A DNA stretch of 64,000 nucleotides from Hyphochytrium catenoides (taxonomy: Eukaryota; Protista; Hyphochytriomycota): NCBI GenBank assembly GCA_900088475.1, contig FLMG01004242.1:1-64000 (forward strand), given 5' to 3'. The notes below the pieces were generated by a model. It had not been told where the DNA came from and did not search any database. It saw only the letters and a list, made by a program, of their open reading frames with translations. Shown in pieces: positions 23,601-37,218 of the stretch; the stretch's first letter is position 1, and each line of letters opens with the position of its first letter. The position numbers and the translations under genes were made by a program.

Positions 23601-26128
23601 TGTCTTCTTCTCCTCAATCACCTCCGCCTCTTCGTGGTGTTCGACTTCTACTCGCCCAATCTTGACGACCTTGCAGAAATTCACTGGGTACTTCGCCAGA
23701 CAGGTGAGGACAAGTTAACAAACTTACGTCAGGCTCTACCAACTGGGCCACTTGAGTACCCTCTTCTGCTCCTGAGAATGGGATCTCCCCTGCGGAGAAG
23801 AACCGAACCTGTGGTTGGCTCAACCCTAGAAATAGTAGTGTGAGTACTTGCGAACGATAGTGGCATAAGCAAAATTTATAAGGAAGGGCGAGTCTTCGAA
23901 GGCCCTTATTCTGATGGGAAGAGCGTCACAGAGCAGAGAGTTATCTTACGGGAGGGAGAGGGTGCGTTAGAAGGAGAGTACGGGTTCTGGGATGATATCA
24001 GTGACACAAAGAGATACTGCATAGCATAACGTGACGCTCTGACGATATTTGGTTCAAGCATTAACCTGAATATATGACTGGCTTCAAGGTGACTGGGAAA
24101 GGCAGACCCTCTTTCCGTGCTTCGCCTTCAGCTAGTCGCCCATCTAAAGGGCTTGCAATAGAGTGTAAGCTCTGTAGCCTGGATGACATTGTTGGGGATA
24201 ACGCTTGCGGCCATGGCGCTGTCGATCTAAGTCCAAGGTACAGAATCAGTTATGTATGCAGATGCGGAGATACAAACCTGAGGGCAGTCAGCTCTGTGAG
24301 GAGGGTTAGATAAAGGCGATGGTTCGTACATCGGTTCCCTGGGTCTTGGCGACAGAGCCATTTCCTCATCACTAGACTCATCAAGTTGCATCGGCTCAGT
24401 TCCCTGTACGAGAGTAGACAGAGAGAATGAGTTAGACCAAATTCAAATGTAGCACAGCCAAAAGTAGAGCAAAGATGAAGGGTTACGGAACAACGTCTCC
24501 GTAAGGAACGGTGAGAAACGCACAGAAGATCCGGCGGTTTCAACCCTGCAGGAGAACCTGAAGGCTTGGTAAGTCCAAAGCCCCACTGTGCGACCACTCC
24601 TCCCCATCAAGTGTCAAATCTGACGGAGTGTCTGCGCTCTCGGTCTGTGTCTGCTCACATCTACAACCGTTAAGAAGTGCCACGTTGTAAGGAATTGAGA
24701 AACAGAGAGGGAACACCTATCAAAGACCAAAGAATGGATCTACTGACCGTCGTATGGGGTCAAGCGATGAAGAGAGAGACATGGGTGCCGTGCTGACACT
24801 GCCAGTCTGAGATATTTCCGTGCCATCGGCAGTAGTTCTAAACTGAGCCCTACCCAATCAGCAGAGAACCCTGTGAGCTTCACATGGAGTCGAATGGCAG
24901 CAAAGATCGCATGGAAGCAAGAGAATGAAGACAGAAGACGCATGCAACATACAGGATAACAGTCCTTCCCCAGAGCGCCAATATCGCCTTTTAAGTAAGG
25001 CTGAAAAAGTGCATCAGTATGAGACGGGCATTGCTGCCAAAGGTACCTGATGGCATCATTCTCTTGCTCCAGTTGCGCCAGACGTTCGGTCAACTCCTTT
25101 ACGGCTTGACGGTAACCTTCTTGCTCCCCACTTGTCTCCTCTTTGGTGGCCGCCAGAGATGCTTGAAGCTCGGTGATGACGCCAGTCAGGAATGCAATCT
25201 TCTTCTCTTTCTCGTCAATGCGTTCTCTAGCCCGTCCCGTAGGCGCTCTTTCTACCTGTCTTCTTTCAGCTTTATCTTTTCTATATAATGCGTTATATTT
25301 GTCCTTGAGCTCCGCCAGAGCGATTCGATCTCTCTCTTGCTGTTGTGCCACAATCTTAAGGTGCCTCTCGTACTCTTGGGCCTTCTCTTCTGAGCGTCGA
25401 TAGGCTTCTTCTTTCTCTCTCACCTTCTTCTCAAGCTTTCTAAGTCCCCTAAATGGAGGAAGGATCCATTTTATTCAAGAGGCGATTGTACGACGACATA
25501 CTAATGGTATGTCTTGATCCATAGACGAGCTTAACTTCAACAATAAAGGCAGCACGGAATGTGATCTTGGGCGAGTCCACAAAATAACATGTAGCAATGA
25601 GCCGTCACAAAGGTTTAGGCTTGCCGAAGCAAGGATGAGTGCACACCGGTCGCTAAACTTACGTTTCTAGCTGCCTTCTTCTCTCCTCCGCTCTTGCTAG
25701 ATTCTTGGCACTTTCAACTTCCTTCTTGGTAAGGATTGAGTCAAGGGTTGAGAGATCTCTAAGATATACCTTCCGCTCCTAAGATCGTAAGGAGTAGGCG
25801 TGGACACGAGTAAGGATGTAAGATGGCGGTACGACGAGAAGGACAGAGGGCGTGACGTCGTCGCAAGGATACGCCAGCACACCAAAGAGGTAAAAGTAAC
25901 TAGAACGACCGCAGAAGCTTAAACAAATATCCCTGGTCTCCATTGAGGTAAAAGCACTTCATAGGGCCAGTGGTGAAGTCTGTCAAGAGATAGATATGCC
26001 GCTTGCCTCACGTGTACCTCTTCAAAGCACCTCTGAATGGCCCCAACAGCAGTCCTGGGGCTCCCTGGGTGAGGTCGGACCACCAGACTCCGGCTGTTAA
26101 TAGAAGACTTCTGTCTCGTTGACAACAT
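20695..26128 (-). CDS. Large protein with N- and C-terminal coiled coils and an S/P-rich disordered middle; function unknown; multi-exon
   Basis: Minus-strand ORFs flanked by GT-AG signals (e.g. 25423-24740 coiled coil, 22799-21636 S/P-rich plus coiled coil, 21054-20695 terminal). Start and several junctions are approximate. Confidence 0.7.
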
Positions 26129-26548
26129 AGTACTCAGAGTTGGTCAGCCCAGCCCTTCCTCGGCACAGCCCACACTACCAGGCATACTGTGCTCTTTGAG
26201 AGGCAATTGGCCATCGAATGATGACCGGTTCTCTTTCAGTCGGACTTGCTGGTACTAGAGCCGGAGTCCTCCCCCATTACTCCTAAAGAGAAGTGGCATG
26301 AAATCCTGGCTGTGTCGACAAAAGGTCAGTTGCCATATCCCTTTAACAGGTCTTAGAACTATTGTTTAGATGCGCGACGGTTGAGAAGAGGGACACGCTC
26401 TCGGAAAGAATCGAGGGGCCGAAAGAATAAAGATGCATCTCAAGTCACTCTAAGATAGAAGAAGCTAATAGAAGTACCGCCAAAGGACGGACAGCAATGC
26501 CTGATACCCGTTGACTAGTGCCTTATGGCCGATGACTAGTGCCCGATG

Positions 26549-26588
26549 GCCGATGAGCCGATGAGCCGATGAGCCGATGAGCCGATGA
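26549..26588. repeat. Five perfect copies of the 8-bp unit GCCGATGA, with degenerate copies from about 26510
   Basis: Directly visible between the divergent coiled-coil and Nup85 genes. Confidence 0.95.
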
Positions 26589-26836
26589 GGCTGAAGCTTG
26601 GAGGTTTCGATCAACAGATGAGAACAACAAAAGTTTGTAATCCCGCGCAAGGTAGCGGCTAACGTTTAGAATCACGCTCACTCTTGTAGTTATCATACTT
26701 TAAGATCCAAGGGCTTTATGTCGCTTGGGTCCCTTTAGGTATATTTTCAAACACAAGGACTTGAAGGCCCTCAGTATCAATCAGAGTTTGAGAGGATGGA
26801 GGTGGAGCTGCGATGACGAAGATTTTCTGAAGATTA

Positions 26837-29800
26837 TTGGATTCGTTGCTCTTCATCAATGTTAATGAGGAGGAAGGAGGAAGGGATCAAGTGCCAGCTA
26901 TAGAAGAGTATTATCGTCTATTGACTCCACTTTGGAAGTATTCGCGTGCCTCATCTCCTAGCTCCATCGCTCCTAGTTCAGGAGCTTCCAATCTCACAGC
27001 AATGCTGGTGTCCTACAAGGGCGTAGAGGCCGAGCCGGTGTATGCAGAAGAATCAACAAGAGTGGCTGTCGGCTCAGAACTAAAGGTCTTGAGCATAAAC
27101 TTGCCTTCAGCATTTCTTTGTACTAGCCCTTGCGCCTGCCTCCAGCGTTTCTCTACATCAGCCCTTTTTCTCACCTACGAAGAGGACACTGTCCGGGTTC
27201 TGAGCTCTCCTTTCTTTCTCTTTCATGTAGGGCTTTGAGTATGTAGGTCCTGAGCGGCTGCCCTTACGAACCGTTGGCTTGAAAAAGAAAGGGACACTGT
27301 CTTTCTCTTGGGGCTCAACAAGTGATGATATTACAGTTTTCGCTACAAGGTGAGTGCCAAGATTCCCTTACGTCGCTTCCGTTCAGTCGGCTGTCCACCG
27401 ATCCTGTTTATTAACTATATCCTTTATTGGGGGCATGTCTGGTCGTCATACAGTTCGGAAGGAGAACCAGCCATCCCATTATCTAGAAGTCGTGAGCCTC
27501 AAGAAGTCAATGCGGTCGTCCAGCTTAAGCGCGTGAACGTGAAGCAGAAGAGAAAGGTGCAGATACCTCCCTTCACCTCGACGCCATAGACCCGGTTTTG
27601 AAGGAGGACTCAGTCCTGAGCTTTACATCTCTCGCCCTCGTGGATACCCATGCGCTATCGCTCGCACTATTCATCGCATGCTGCCAGACTAACTCCCTCC
27701 TCTTGGCAGCTGTATAACAAGTTCTTAGGGATATGGACAGGTCTGGAGAATCGAATGGAGCTTTTGAAAGGTACATACCCTGTAGGATGGGGCCCGACGA
27801 CGTCACGACCAATCACTTAGAAAAAGGGGATTAAGACTGCAAGATTCTCACCACAGAGAGGGAAGAGTGAGAAGCTGTGGGAGGAAAGGGAAAGCAGCTA
27901 TATTCCTACGGGATTTTTGGATGGTCAAACACTGGCTAAGTGGACGTATATGCAGGGGAAGGTGTCGGGAACATCCAGCCTGAGCTTCTGCGGACCAGTA
28001 GAAAGTACAGGGAGACACTAGAAGAGTGCGTGATGGACATGGAGACCTATTTAGACGAGTAAGTTCGCCTTCCCCTCCTAGTTTCGTCTTTCTTCGCTTG
28101 CTTACCTTCAATATAGGGAGCACATGGGAGAGGACATCGATCTGGATGAGTTTCAAAATCAACTAGAATTCCTTAAGGTCTAGAAGTACAATGCAATGCA
28201 TGAATGCCTTCTGCTGTCACTTTTATTTCGAATGGCCAGTCAAACCTTCGGCGGCACAAACGAGAATTCTCATCTCGTCCCAGTCTTTTTGGTCCTCTCT
28301 GGTTTGTTAAACTGCTTGTTGCTTCGTGTGTACAGCACGGTATCAATGATACTACTTCTCTACTGCCTTACCCTGGCCTAAGTGGACCTGATTCCGAACT
28401 TCCATGCAGATTGGGAGTGCCTTATGGCACCTCTGTGAGATATTTTTCATCTCAGAAAAGGAGGTGATCACTCCAGACATGGTAGACTGGATAGAGGTAA
28501 GCAGATAGAGCGTGCCGTAGTGCTGTAAGCTTCTATTCTAAAGTTAAGCTGCAATCTCTCTCTTCTGGTACTTTGCTCTGCTTCTGTCTTTATCTCTTTC
28601 ACCATTCTAGCGGCACTTCATGGATGATCCAGATCCCGAGGTTTTGACTGTGCTAGAGAGCTCTCCACAGCCAGAGCAGCACGAGAGTTACTGGTCCATT
28701 CTCTATAGACAGACCATTAGGGGACAGGTGAGAACTCCATGAATGAAGGATGGATAGCGCTTCTCCAGATATTCTCCGTCTACAGCTTGACCTACTCAAC
28801 TGTCGAAATCCCACGGCAGTGGGGTCCATGTCTTGCTCACCTTCCGTACCACAGATCTGCGGATCTCTATGTCCCGCTTCTCGCTTCTCCTCACTAAAGG
28901 AACCAAAGTATGCTGCTTACCTTGACTTATCATGTGGCCCTGGCGCGACTTTGGTGCTGTTCTCTGTCGCTGTTTCTATTCGCCTTCTCTTGCCGACTGT
29001 TAGCTTACATACCCATCTTGCAGATGGATATGGTACTCAATCTTCTGCAACATCATACGGAAAGGAGTCGTGTTATCAACAGCCTTCCATCTACGCAGCG
29101 CGAACTGGCTTTGCGAGAATTTTTCATGAAGGTCGATTAAAAACTCTTCTCCTCCTTCGCGTCGCCTCATTGACCATCCCGCCTCTTGCTGCTGTACTCC
29201 AGCTGGAGCATGTCATCAAAGCAATGCCCTCGTTTTCTCCTCATAACGGGCAGTCACCTCTGCAGTTCGTGCAAGGATGGGAACTATGGCACAGGGTGAG
29301 AGTGTAAAGATCGGCCGGTATTCGACGATCTTTCTGTTCTCAATCAAATTGTCGCACTTGTTTCCTATAGGAATGCCTCAGTTTATCAGAGCATCCCTTC
29401 CTGCACAACGACACAGCTCTGAAGACTTTGGTCCAGATCCTCTGCGGCGATCGGTCAGCGATCTTGCCTCATACGCAGCAATGGTAGGACTTCATGCGTC
29501 CTCGCTACGGAAACCACTTCCTTTTAATCGTTCTGATACTTCAAGCTCATGCCGGAAGCGCTTCTGCCTATTCCGTTCCTTCGTTATCGCATGTCAGCCG
29601 TAACCTGGGTATTTTAGGAAGGCAGCCTTTCCTCACGTTAGAGCTTCCTTACCTTTTGCGATGCTCATAATTCTTTACCACTCCTTTCCCTTGCATTGCT
29701 GAGGTCCTTTGTTTTCCTGCCCTTCTTTCTTCAGGTATGAGCTTCTAGTGGCTGAGCTGCTTTTTTCTCAACCGGCGAGACGTCGCAATGACTTCAAGGG

Positions 29801-32392
29801 CTTGATGTTCGACTGCATTAGAGAGCTAGGAGGTGAGCTAGATAGTTCACTGTGACAATACAGCTCCACGCACTATAAGGCGAGGTCAATATGAGATCTC
29901 CAGTCAACCTCATATCTATCTCTCTTTTGCTCTTGTTTCCCAGGAGGTGACGCAGTCGGTATGACTGGGATTGACATTACCATGATGAAGATCATGAACC
30001 TTGAGGTTCTAGAAGCATTGAAAGGCATAGGAGAGCTAGGAGTCCCAGCCCTTACGGCTCATATTGCTGACATTTTGGAAAAGAGGGAGATGGTAAGGAG
30101 GTCACAATCTGGAAAAAGAAAGAGTAGTGAATTCGTCTTGAACCTCTGCTGCGTCCTCTGCGGCTTGGTCTATTGAAACATGCTGCTTCTCAGTTTTGCG
30201 TTAAGAATGGAAAAGCACACTCTTCGTCTACTCTATCGTCATACTTCACCCTAGCACCCGTTCCCTTGCCTTTTCATCTGACGTCACCAACAATCTCCAA
30301 CCTCGTATGTGCTCTCGTTTTTGGTACCCTGCCCTCTCCCCTTCTGTCCTTCCATAAGAACGAGCCCGTGCCAGAGCTGGGCTGCTCTGTCCGAGAGTAT
30401 TTCTTGCTGGAATATTGCCGGGAGTTGGAATCGACTTCTGGAGCATGGCAGATTGCAGCGAGGTAACAAGCGGAAGTGGTAACTTGACTTTTGGACCAAG
30501 TCATCACAACGATCCTTAGGTATTTGGAAGGCTGTCCTGTCTCGGGTCACGTTATGTTACAGCGCCTGCTAGAGAGAGAGAGACCTGATTCAGACGCTAA
30601 GGCGCTTCGGCTTTTGGAAGCGTCCAACAGGTTAGGTCATCAATCGTAACCGGTTTGGGAAAATATGAAAGGAAAACTAAGAGAACCTGCCGTATCACCG
30701 TTCCTCTCTGCGTAGAAACAACCTCCCGGAGGTTGCACAGTCAATACGGAGAGTCCGTGGAATGGCGTGGAAGAACAAGGGACGAGCAGGTGCAGCTGCA
30801 AGATGGCTAGTGGAGGGACAGGTGGGCTGTGATCTCATTATCTAAATAGGGGGTTGAAGGACTAGGACGGAGAGGCGGAACTGGGTGTTTTGGCCAAGGT
30901 TGGCGGACGCAGCGGGAGTGAGAGGCGGATATGTCCATCTTGCGCTTTGGCACCTTTATATACTGCCTTTCTCTCATCTTCGCCAGAAGGCCCGCCCCTC
31001 AACCTCTATAGATGAATCCCTTTTATTCCATGTGTCCATATCTGGCCCTTCGTGTACCTGTTCCCTATCTAGCTCGTCCTTTCCTTCTGATTATGCTCTG
31101 GGCTGATCCCTGCATTTTACTCTGCAGTTCAAGCAAGAATGCAACCAGCTCCTTCAGAGCTGCCTAGCAAGAGGTAATCCTTCGTCTCATCAGCCCTTTT
31201 ATGGGTGACAGGGGAAAGAGAGAAGGAGGGGGATGGGCGACGGGACACGATCAACCTCTTTTGCTTGTGGTTCCATATCCATCTCCTAGTGCTCTTGAGG
31301 CTGCTATGCTGTCCCTTAGTTTATTTATCCACACATGCGTCTTGTCTGTGCTCAGTCCATTCTTCCTCCCTCGCTTTCTCGTCTGCTGTTAGGCAATGCG
31401 AAGGAAATTTGCGAGGTGGTCGACAGCTTGGCGGCAGCAAACTCTCACCTTTCAGAGGATCGGATCGCGTTTCTCCTGGAATACATATCCTTCTCACTCA
31501 TAGAGTCTTCGTTGGTTCTCCCTAGTTGAAGTTAGGCTTGATTAACTCTTTGCTTAAGGATAAGTCTGTAGCATCCTTAACCGTTCCCACCGCATCCTTC
31601 TCCTGGCGCTTGAACGGCGGAAAGCCCTACTCTCTCGAGCGGTTGCCAAGAATAGTGAGGACAGGCAAGAGCTCCTCGAAGTTGAAAGTCAGGCTGCGAA
31701 TATCATTCAGAGGCTATTGGCAGGGAACTCATTGCCGAAAAGGTGACGAACGAGTGCAATGATGTTGCTGTTCTTATCCTTTCTAATAGGTGCTTCTGTT
31801 GCCTTTTCTTACGCTGAGAAGAGGCTAACAGCCCATGGAGCCATCTCTGCCGATACCTCTACTAACGACCCTGACGTCCTGCTGTTATTTGCTTTCCCTC
31901 CCTCCCGCTTGGCAGCTTCTGGCCCCTACTCTTGAAGGAGTGTATAGGACTACTAGAGGCGGAAGCTGTTTTGTTTGACTTTGAGGCTTCCAATCTTCTG
32001 CTTCAGCGCCTAACTGAGCTGGAGCTTGCGTACAATAAGGATATATATATGTCAGCGTTCAAGGCAGACGAGGTGAGTCAAGGTCCAAATTCGTGAGAAG
32101 TAAACAAGAACAGACAACCAGGGCCAAATAAGCCATAAATGGGTGAGGGGGAAAGAGAGACAGAGAGAGAGAGAGAAAAAGGAGCAGGCAAGAAGGACGA
32201 AATACTACGATGAGATAGCTAGTTGACAAGCCCTCTTACTCTTTCTAACTGGACTGTATCCGTTTCCCTATTCTTCAGGTCTCCTCTTTGCACCTTCTTC
32301 TGACTCGGAACATCAGTAGAGCAATAGTTCTAGCTTCTCGTGGCCAGAAGGCGGCTCAAGCAAAACGGAGAATTGCCAGTGTCATCTACTGA
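26837..32392 (+). CDS. NUP85: Nucleoporin Nup85, multi-exon; 5' end unresolved
   Basis: Spliced motifs WHLCEIFFI, MVDWIE, ESYWSILYRQTIRGQ, VQILCGD, WYELLVAELLF, ALTAHIADIL, VREYFLLEYCREL...WQIAARYLEGCP, and C-terminal LLLTRNISRAIV. Confidence 0.85.
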
Positions 32393-32885
32393 CGACATCA
32401 CTAGTAATAATCATACCTCTCTGTTCTATACATGTTCCCAGTAGTGCTCTCCCGTCCTATAATTTTTCCTCTTTGTCCTATGTGACCACTGAATAACCGA
32501 AAAGTGGCAGACAGAGCACACGGAATAGCGAGATCTAGCGAGACAAAGAGCAGGTCCTTCAATGTAGGATCGGAGAAGGATAGGTCTCCCTGTGACCGGG
32601 GGAGGACTCTTAACCTGCGGACTGTGGGTTCTATGGCATAATATCCATTCACCCCTAATCCCTCCTTTAAGAAGACAGACTGCTGTTAAGTGGGAAGAGC
32701 TGGTTGTTATCTAAGACTTCACGAGATACGCAGCTAGGAAAGGGAGAAAGAGAGTATGCCACGGGTCGCAAGAAGGAAAAGGATAGGACAATATATTTGT
32801 ACATCTTTTAGAGTCATGACAACTTGTGACCACATCTCTTCCGTTGCTCTGTCTCTTTGTTCTTGTAGGGGATCTTTCCCGTTTG

Positions 32886-35808
32886 CTATCGAAGCTTTCT
32901 GCTCTTGACCACTGTGGCCTTGATACCTGAGGTCTCTCCTCCGTATCTCGAGGCCTCTCCCGTCCGGACCTCCCGCACTTGTCCTTTTCTTCTGATCTCT
33001 GCCTTTTTGAACTGCACTCTCTTCTTCTTCCTCGGATTCCGGTTGAGCTTGTTCTTGTGAGGCGTGAGGCCCCTGTTTGACAAGATCTGATAGTTGATTC
33101 CTCTCTTCTCCCCGTCTCCGATATCATCCTGAAGGTTGAAGGACGTCTGCAGAGTGCGTGTGTACTGTTCCTTCTTCTTCTCCTTGAGTTCCTTCTTACT
33201 GTCCAAAACAGAAGAGAGAAACTGCTCAGCTTCTTCTATCTCGTCACTTCTCACGCCAGGTATGGAAGAGCTCTTCTTTCTCTTAGCCTCTTTCTTCTCT
33301 GTCTTTCTCTTCTTCTTCCCTGGACCAATGTCGTCCCCTTCATTCAGGCCGAAGAAGTCATCCAGCTCATCATCGAAAAAGTCATCTTCATCGGCTTCCG
33401 CATCGTTCTGCATATTTTGGAGGATACTCTCCATCTTCGCTTTGCTCTTGGCGTCTCCTTTCCCATATTCCTTCCGCACTCTCTTCTTCTTCTCTATGTT
33501 GCTGATGGTTTCCTGCAGGACAGTCGAAGTTACTCGCTTCTTCCTTCTGGCTTCTCTCTCTTCTTCCTCATCCTGATCGTTGTCTTCCTCTTCAGCAACC
33601 TCAGGGTCGAAATCTTTGACCTTCTTAGCCTGAGATTTCTTCTTGGTAGGAAGATTCATAAATTTGTCTTCATGTTCTTGGTCTCCCTCGCTGTCTTCCT
33701 CTCTTTCCATTTCCCCGTCTTCTCCCTCCTCCGCTGGGTCTAAGTCCGCCACGCTAGACTCGTCGGTATCCTAACATACCCATCAGGTGCAGGAAAGTAC
33801 ATTGAGAAGAGTTCGTCTTGTTAATGAGCCCGGAAGGAGCAGAGCAAAGAAAGCAATCAACGCATTCCTTACCTCATCTTCCATCTCCTCTTCATGTGGC
33901 TCCTTCATTACTATTGCTGAGCGGTGCGCTTGAGCTTCTTTCCCGTCACTGCTCTCTTCTGTGTCATCGCTCTTCTCCAGATCCTCTTGAAAAGCTTTTC
34001 TGGAAGCTAATATCCTCTTTTCGAACGGTCGGAGGAGTGGAGTAAGCTTCTCTAACTGCATGCGTAGCTGCAAACATACCGAGACAGATGTTAGTAAAGG
34101 ACTAGAAAGCAATCTAGAGCATCAGGTCGATGGATAGCGAGACGCACAGAGAGAGCTCTATAGAGAGGCGGTGGACTGCGTCGAGTGAGAAGTGAGAATG
34201 TGGGAGATTGGCTGGATCTCCATAGTCGACCTCCAAATTGAGAAGCATCAGGAGAATCAAGGTGCTAACCTGAAGGATTCTTTCTATGACGGGATGCGTC
34301 CTGGTCTCAGTGCCCTAAGGCGAGAGAGGGAGAGAGAGTGTCAACCGGAGTGTTTTTAGACGAGAGAGTTACTTTCTCTGTTGCCCTCTCGTCCTTCGTT
34401 CTTCTTGCTATTTTCTCTCATTCTACTCCGGTAACTCCTATCCTCTCTCATTCGACCTCGGTAAGGCCTCTTATTATCTGTACCTGGACTTTAGCATAAA
34501 GGTAGAAGAGGATGTTAGCAGAGTAGCCTAAGAGTAGATGGTCCTTCAGCTGGAAGAGAGAAAGGACATCGCCGTGTAGACGTTCCGCCGCGGCAGCCTC
34601 TAATGAAGGCTGAAGTCCTGTGCGCTCTTCTCTCCAGCTCCTCTTTAGCTCTTCCAGAAGCCCAAGGAGTTCTGGGTTTTCTCTAAACGAGATTTCGAGG
34701 ACAAGAAAGAGGTAAAGTCAGATCCATCTCCTGACTCAAATTCGTCCAGTGGCTATTGCCTACCGTGCCAGAAGCTCTAGCTTCTCCTTCTTAGAGAGCT
34801 TAGAGAGGTCTCTTTCTACCCGCTCTACTTGGATGTCCTCTTCCTCATCTCCAACGCCGACGTCATTAAGGTCCACTACATCCTCCTCTCCTAATAAAGC
34901 GGCCTTCTTGCTTCTTCTACTGTCTTCCTTCTTATTCTTCTTCTCTTTGCCATCACCATCCAGCTGAGACATCGCACCGTCCTCAAAGAAGTCAGTCGCG
35001 TCGAGGTCCAAGAGCTGCTTTTTCTGGAGCTCGATCGCCTCTTCTTCCTCCTCTCTCGCCTCATCTTCATCGATATCTACACCTACTACGTCTGTGTCAT
35101 AGTACATTCTCTTCCTCTTGCCCCATTTAGATGAGAGTTGGTCAATCTTTTGTCTCTCCTCTTCATAGTCACTTTCTTCCTCTTCGTCTCTGACCACCTG
35201 GCCCTTTACGCGGACAGGGGCGTGCCCAGGAATGAAGTCATCGTGCTCTTCCTGGTCTTCCTCCTCATCTTCCTCATCCTCGTCTGGTGTCAGTAGGAGA
35301 AAGGTGATGAAGTCAGCCAGTGCCGTGGCAAGAGCAAGCAAGTCATGTCGCACCAGGGGCAAGCGAGTAGATGGCAAAGAAGAAAGGAAACCAAAGGAGA
35401 CGCACCAAAGAAGCGGGCGAGGAAGAGAGAGAGAGGCTATGAAAGAGCCAAAGCCCTGCCCATACTTCCCCTCTCTCACAACTTTGATACCAAGCAAGAA
35501 GGAAAATTGAGAGGAAGAGAGCAACAGATATGGCAAGTAACCTTACCGCTATCCTCTTCATCGACGTCCAGGTCCATCACCGCTTCCTCCTCATCTCCAT
35601 CCTCCTCACTATCTGCTCCGCCGTTGGACTCATCTCCGAACCTGACTTTGTCTCTCTTCATGATAAACTGATCAACCTCGTCGTACATGTCGTCTCCTTC
35701 ATCTTCGTCTCTGCCTTTCGACTTGCTCTCCTGTTGTCTTCTCCTCTCCATCATTCGCCTCATCCCCTGCCCTTCTCCGGTCTTCGCTGACCCTCGTCTC
35801 TTGCCCAT
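32886..35808 (-). CDS. SAS10: SSU processome component Sas10/Utp3, multi-exon
   Basis: Acidic N-terminus (YDEVDQF, WGKRKRMYY, EEEEAIELQ), central ENPELLGLL...THPVIERIL, and the Sas10 C-terminal domain KRGINYQILSNRGLTPHKNKLNRNPRKKKR...YGGETSGIKATVVKSRKL. Confidence 0.95.
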
Positions 35809-35954
35809 CTTCAACTGCCTGTACCAGACTGGGGCTGGCGGACGTGAGCTGCTTGTCTATATGGTGCCACACTGAGAGCTTTTCACCACGATGGCCCTAT
35901 CGGAGTCGAGTCCAGAGCTTTGGGTCCTTTCTCCTCTCCTCCAATTCTCCCTCT

Positions 35955-36022
35955 GTAGCCTCTCTCTCCTTCTCTCTCTCCTCCTCTCTGTGTCTCTCTG
36001 TGTCTCTCTGTGTCTCTCTGTC

Positions 36023-36065
<43 letters not shown>
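35955..36065. repeat. (CT)n/(CTGT)n microsatellite
   Basis: Directly visible. Confidence 0.95.
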
Positions 36066-36066
<1 letters not shown>

Positions 36067-36569
36067 CTTTCCCTTCTCTTGTTCTCCCTCTCTCTTCTCG
36101 GTGAAGCTCCATCAGCATCTCTTCTTCCTCTGCAGATGCGCTCCTCCTCCTTACTCCTCGCTCTCTGTTGAATGGCCTGTAGAAAGTCCCAGGGGAGCTC
36201 TGAGAAGTCCCAGGGGTAGCCTGGCTGGGGCAAAAGACCACATCGGAATGGATCCCTCTTATTCTAAATCCAGATGCTCAGAGGCTAGCTTTATTAGGTA
36301 TACCAGCAACCCTATGCCGCTTCAGAATACACGTGAAATCGAGGTTACGAGCCTGTTGTGAGGTGTAAGTCATAGTTCTATCAACTTGATGATGAAGAGA
36401 AACAAGGGCAGCACTTCTGATTTGTAGAGGGAGACAGAGCACGTCCTCCAGTTAGACAGAGTAGAGAGAGTAAGGGGTTGAGAGATAACCTGACACAAGG
36501 AGATGTGGCACGAAGACGCAAGATACAAAGCTGGAAACAAGAGCAAGGACAGAGGAGGAGAAAGCCCGC

Positions 36570-36736
36570 GAGAGAGAGAATCAGAGTGAGCGAGCGAGAG
36601 AGGGGAGAGAGAGAGAGGGGAGAGAGAGCGAGAGAGAGAAGAAGAGCGAGAGCGAGAGAGTGAGAGACTGAGAGAGAGAGAGAGCGAGAGCNNNNNNNNN
36701 NNNNNNNNNNNNNNNNNNNNNNNNNNNNNNNAGAGC

Positions 36737-36767
<31 letters not shown>

Positions 36768-36965
36768 ATCCTGAGAGAGAGAGAGTAGAGCGAGAGCGAG
36801 CGCGCGCGAGAGAGAGAGAGAGTGAGAGGCTGAGAGCGAGAGAGCGAGAGAGAGAGAGAGAGCGAGAGCGAGAGAGAGCGAGAGCGAGAGAGCGAGAGAG
36901 AGAGAGAGAAAGAGAGATAGAGAGAACGAGAGAGAGAGAAAGAGAGAGAGGGAGAAAGAGAAAGG
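36570..36965. repeat. (AG)n/(AGCG)n microsatellite containing a 40-N gap at 36692-36731
   Basis: Directly visible. Confidence 0.95.
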
Positions 36966-37218
36966 AGAGTGAAGAGGGTGAAGAGAAAAAACAAGGCCTC
37001 ATCATTCTCTATTGAATATCTTTCTCACGTCTGTAACATCCTCAGAACCCATCCCAGAGAGTACGCTTTCCCATTTCCCCTCTTGCCATCATTTCCTCTC
37101 TTGCCATCACCCTCATCTGCCGCTTCCGCTCATCCCCTTTCAAGGCAACGATCGGGCAGGAGGCGAAGATATCAGCAGACACTGTCAATAAAGAGTAAGG
37201 AGGAGGAAGAGAGAAACG

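Noticed and set aside
26549-26588. Possible CRISPR-like array
   Set aside because: The units are 8 bp, head to tail, with no spacers; the context is eukaryotic and there are no cas genes.
33136-33576. Plus-strand S/F-rich ORFs over Sas10, and similar antisense ORFs over the GBP, arsM and dynein genes
   Set aside because: These are antisense shadows of real coding exons.
36370-37005. Long SLSL/ERER ORFs here and at 35883-36361, 42025-42933, 5492-5813 and 4159-4455
   Set aside because: These are translations of CT/AG microsatellites, not proteins.
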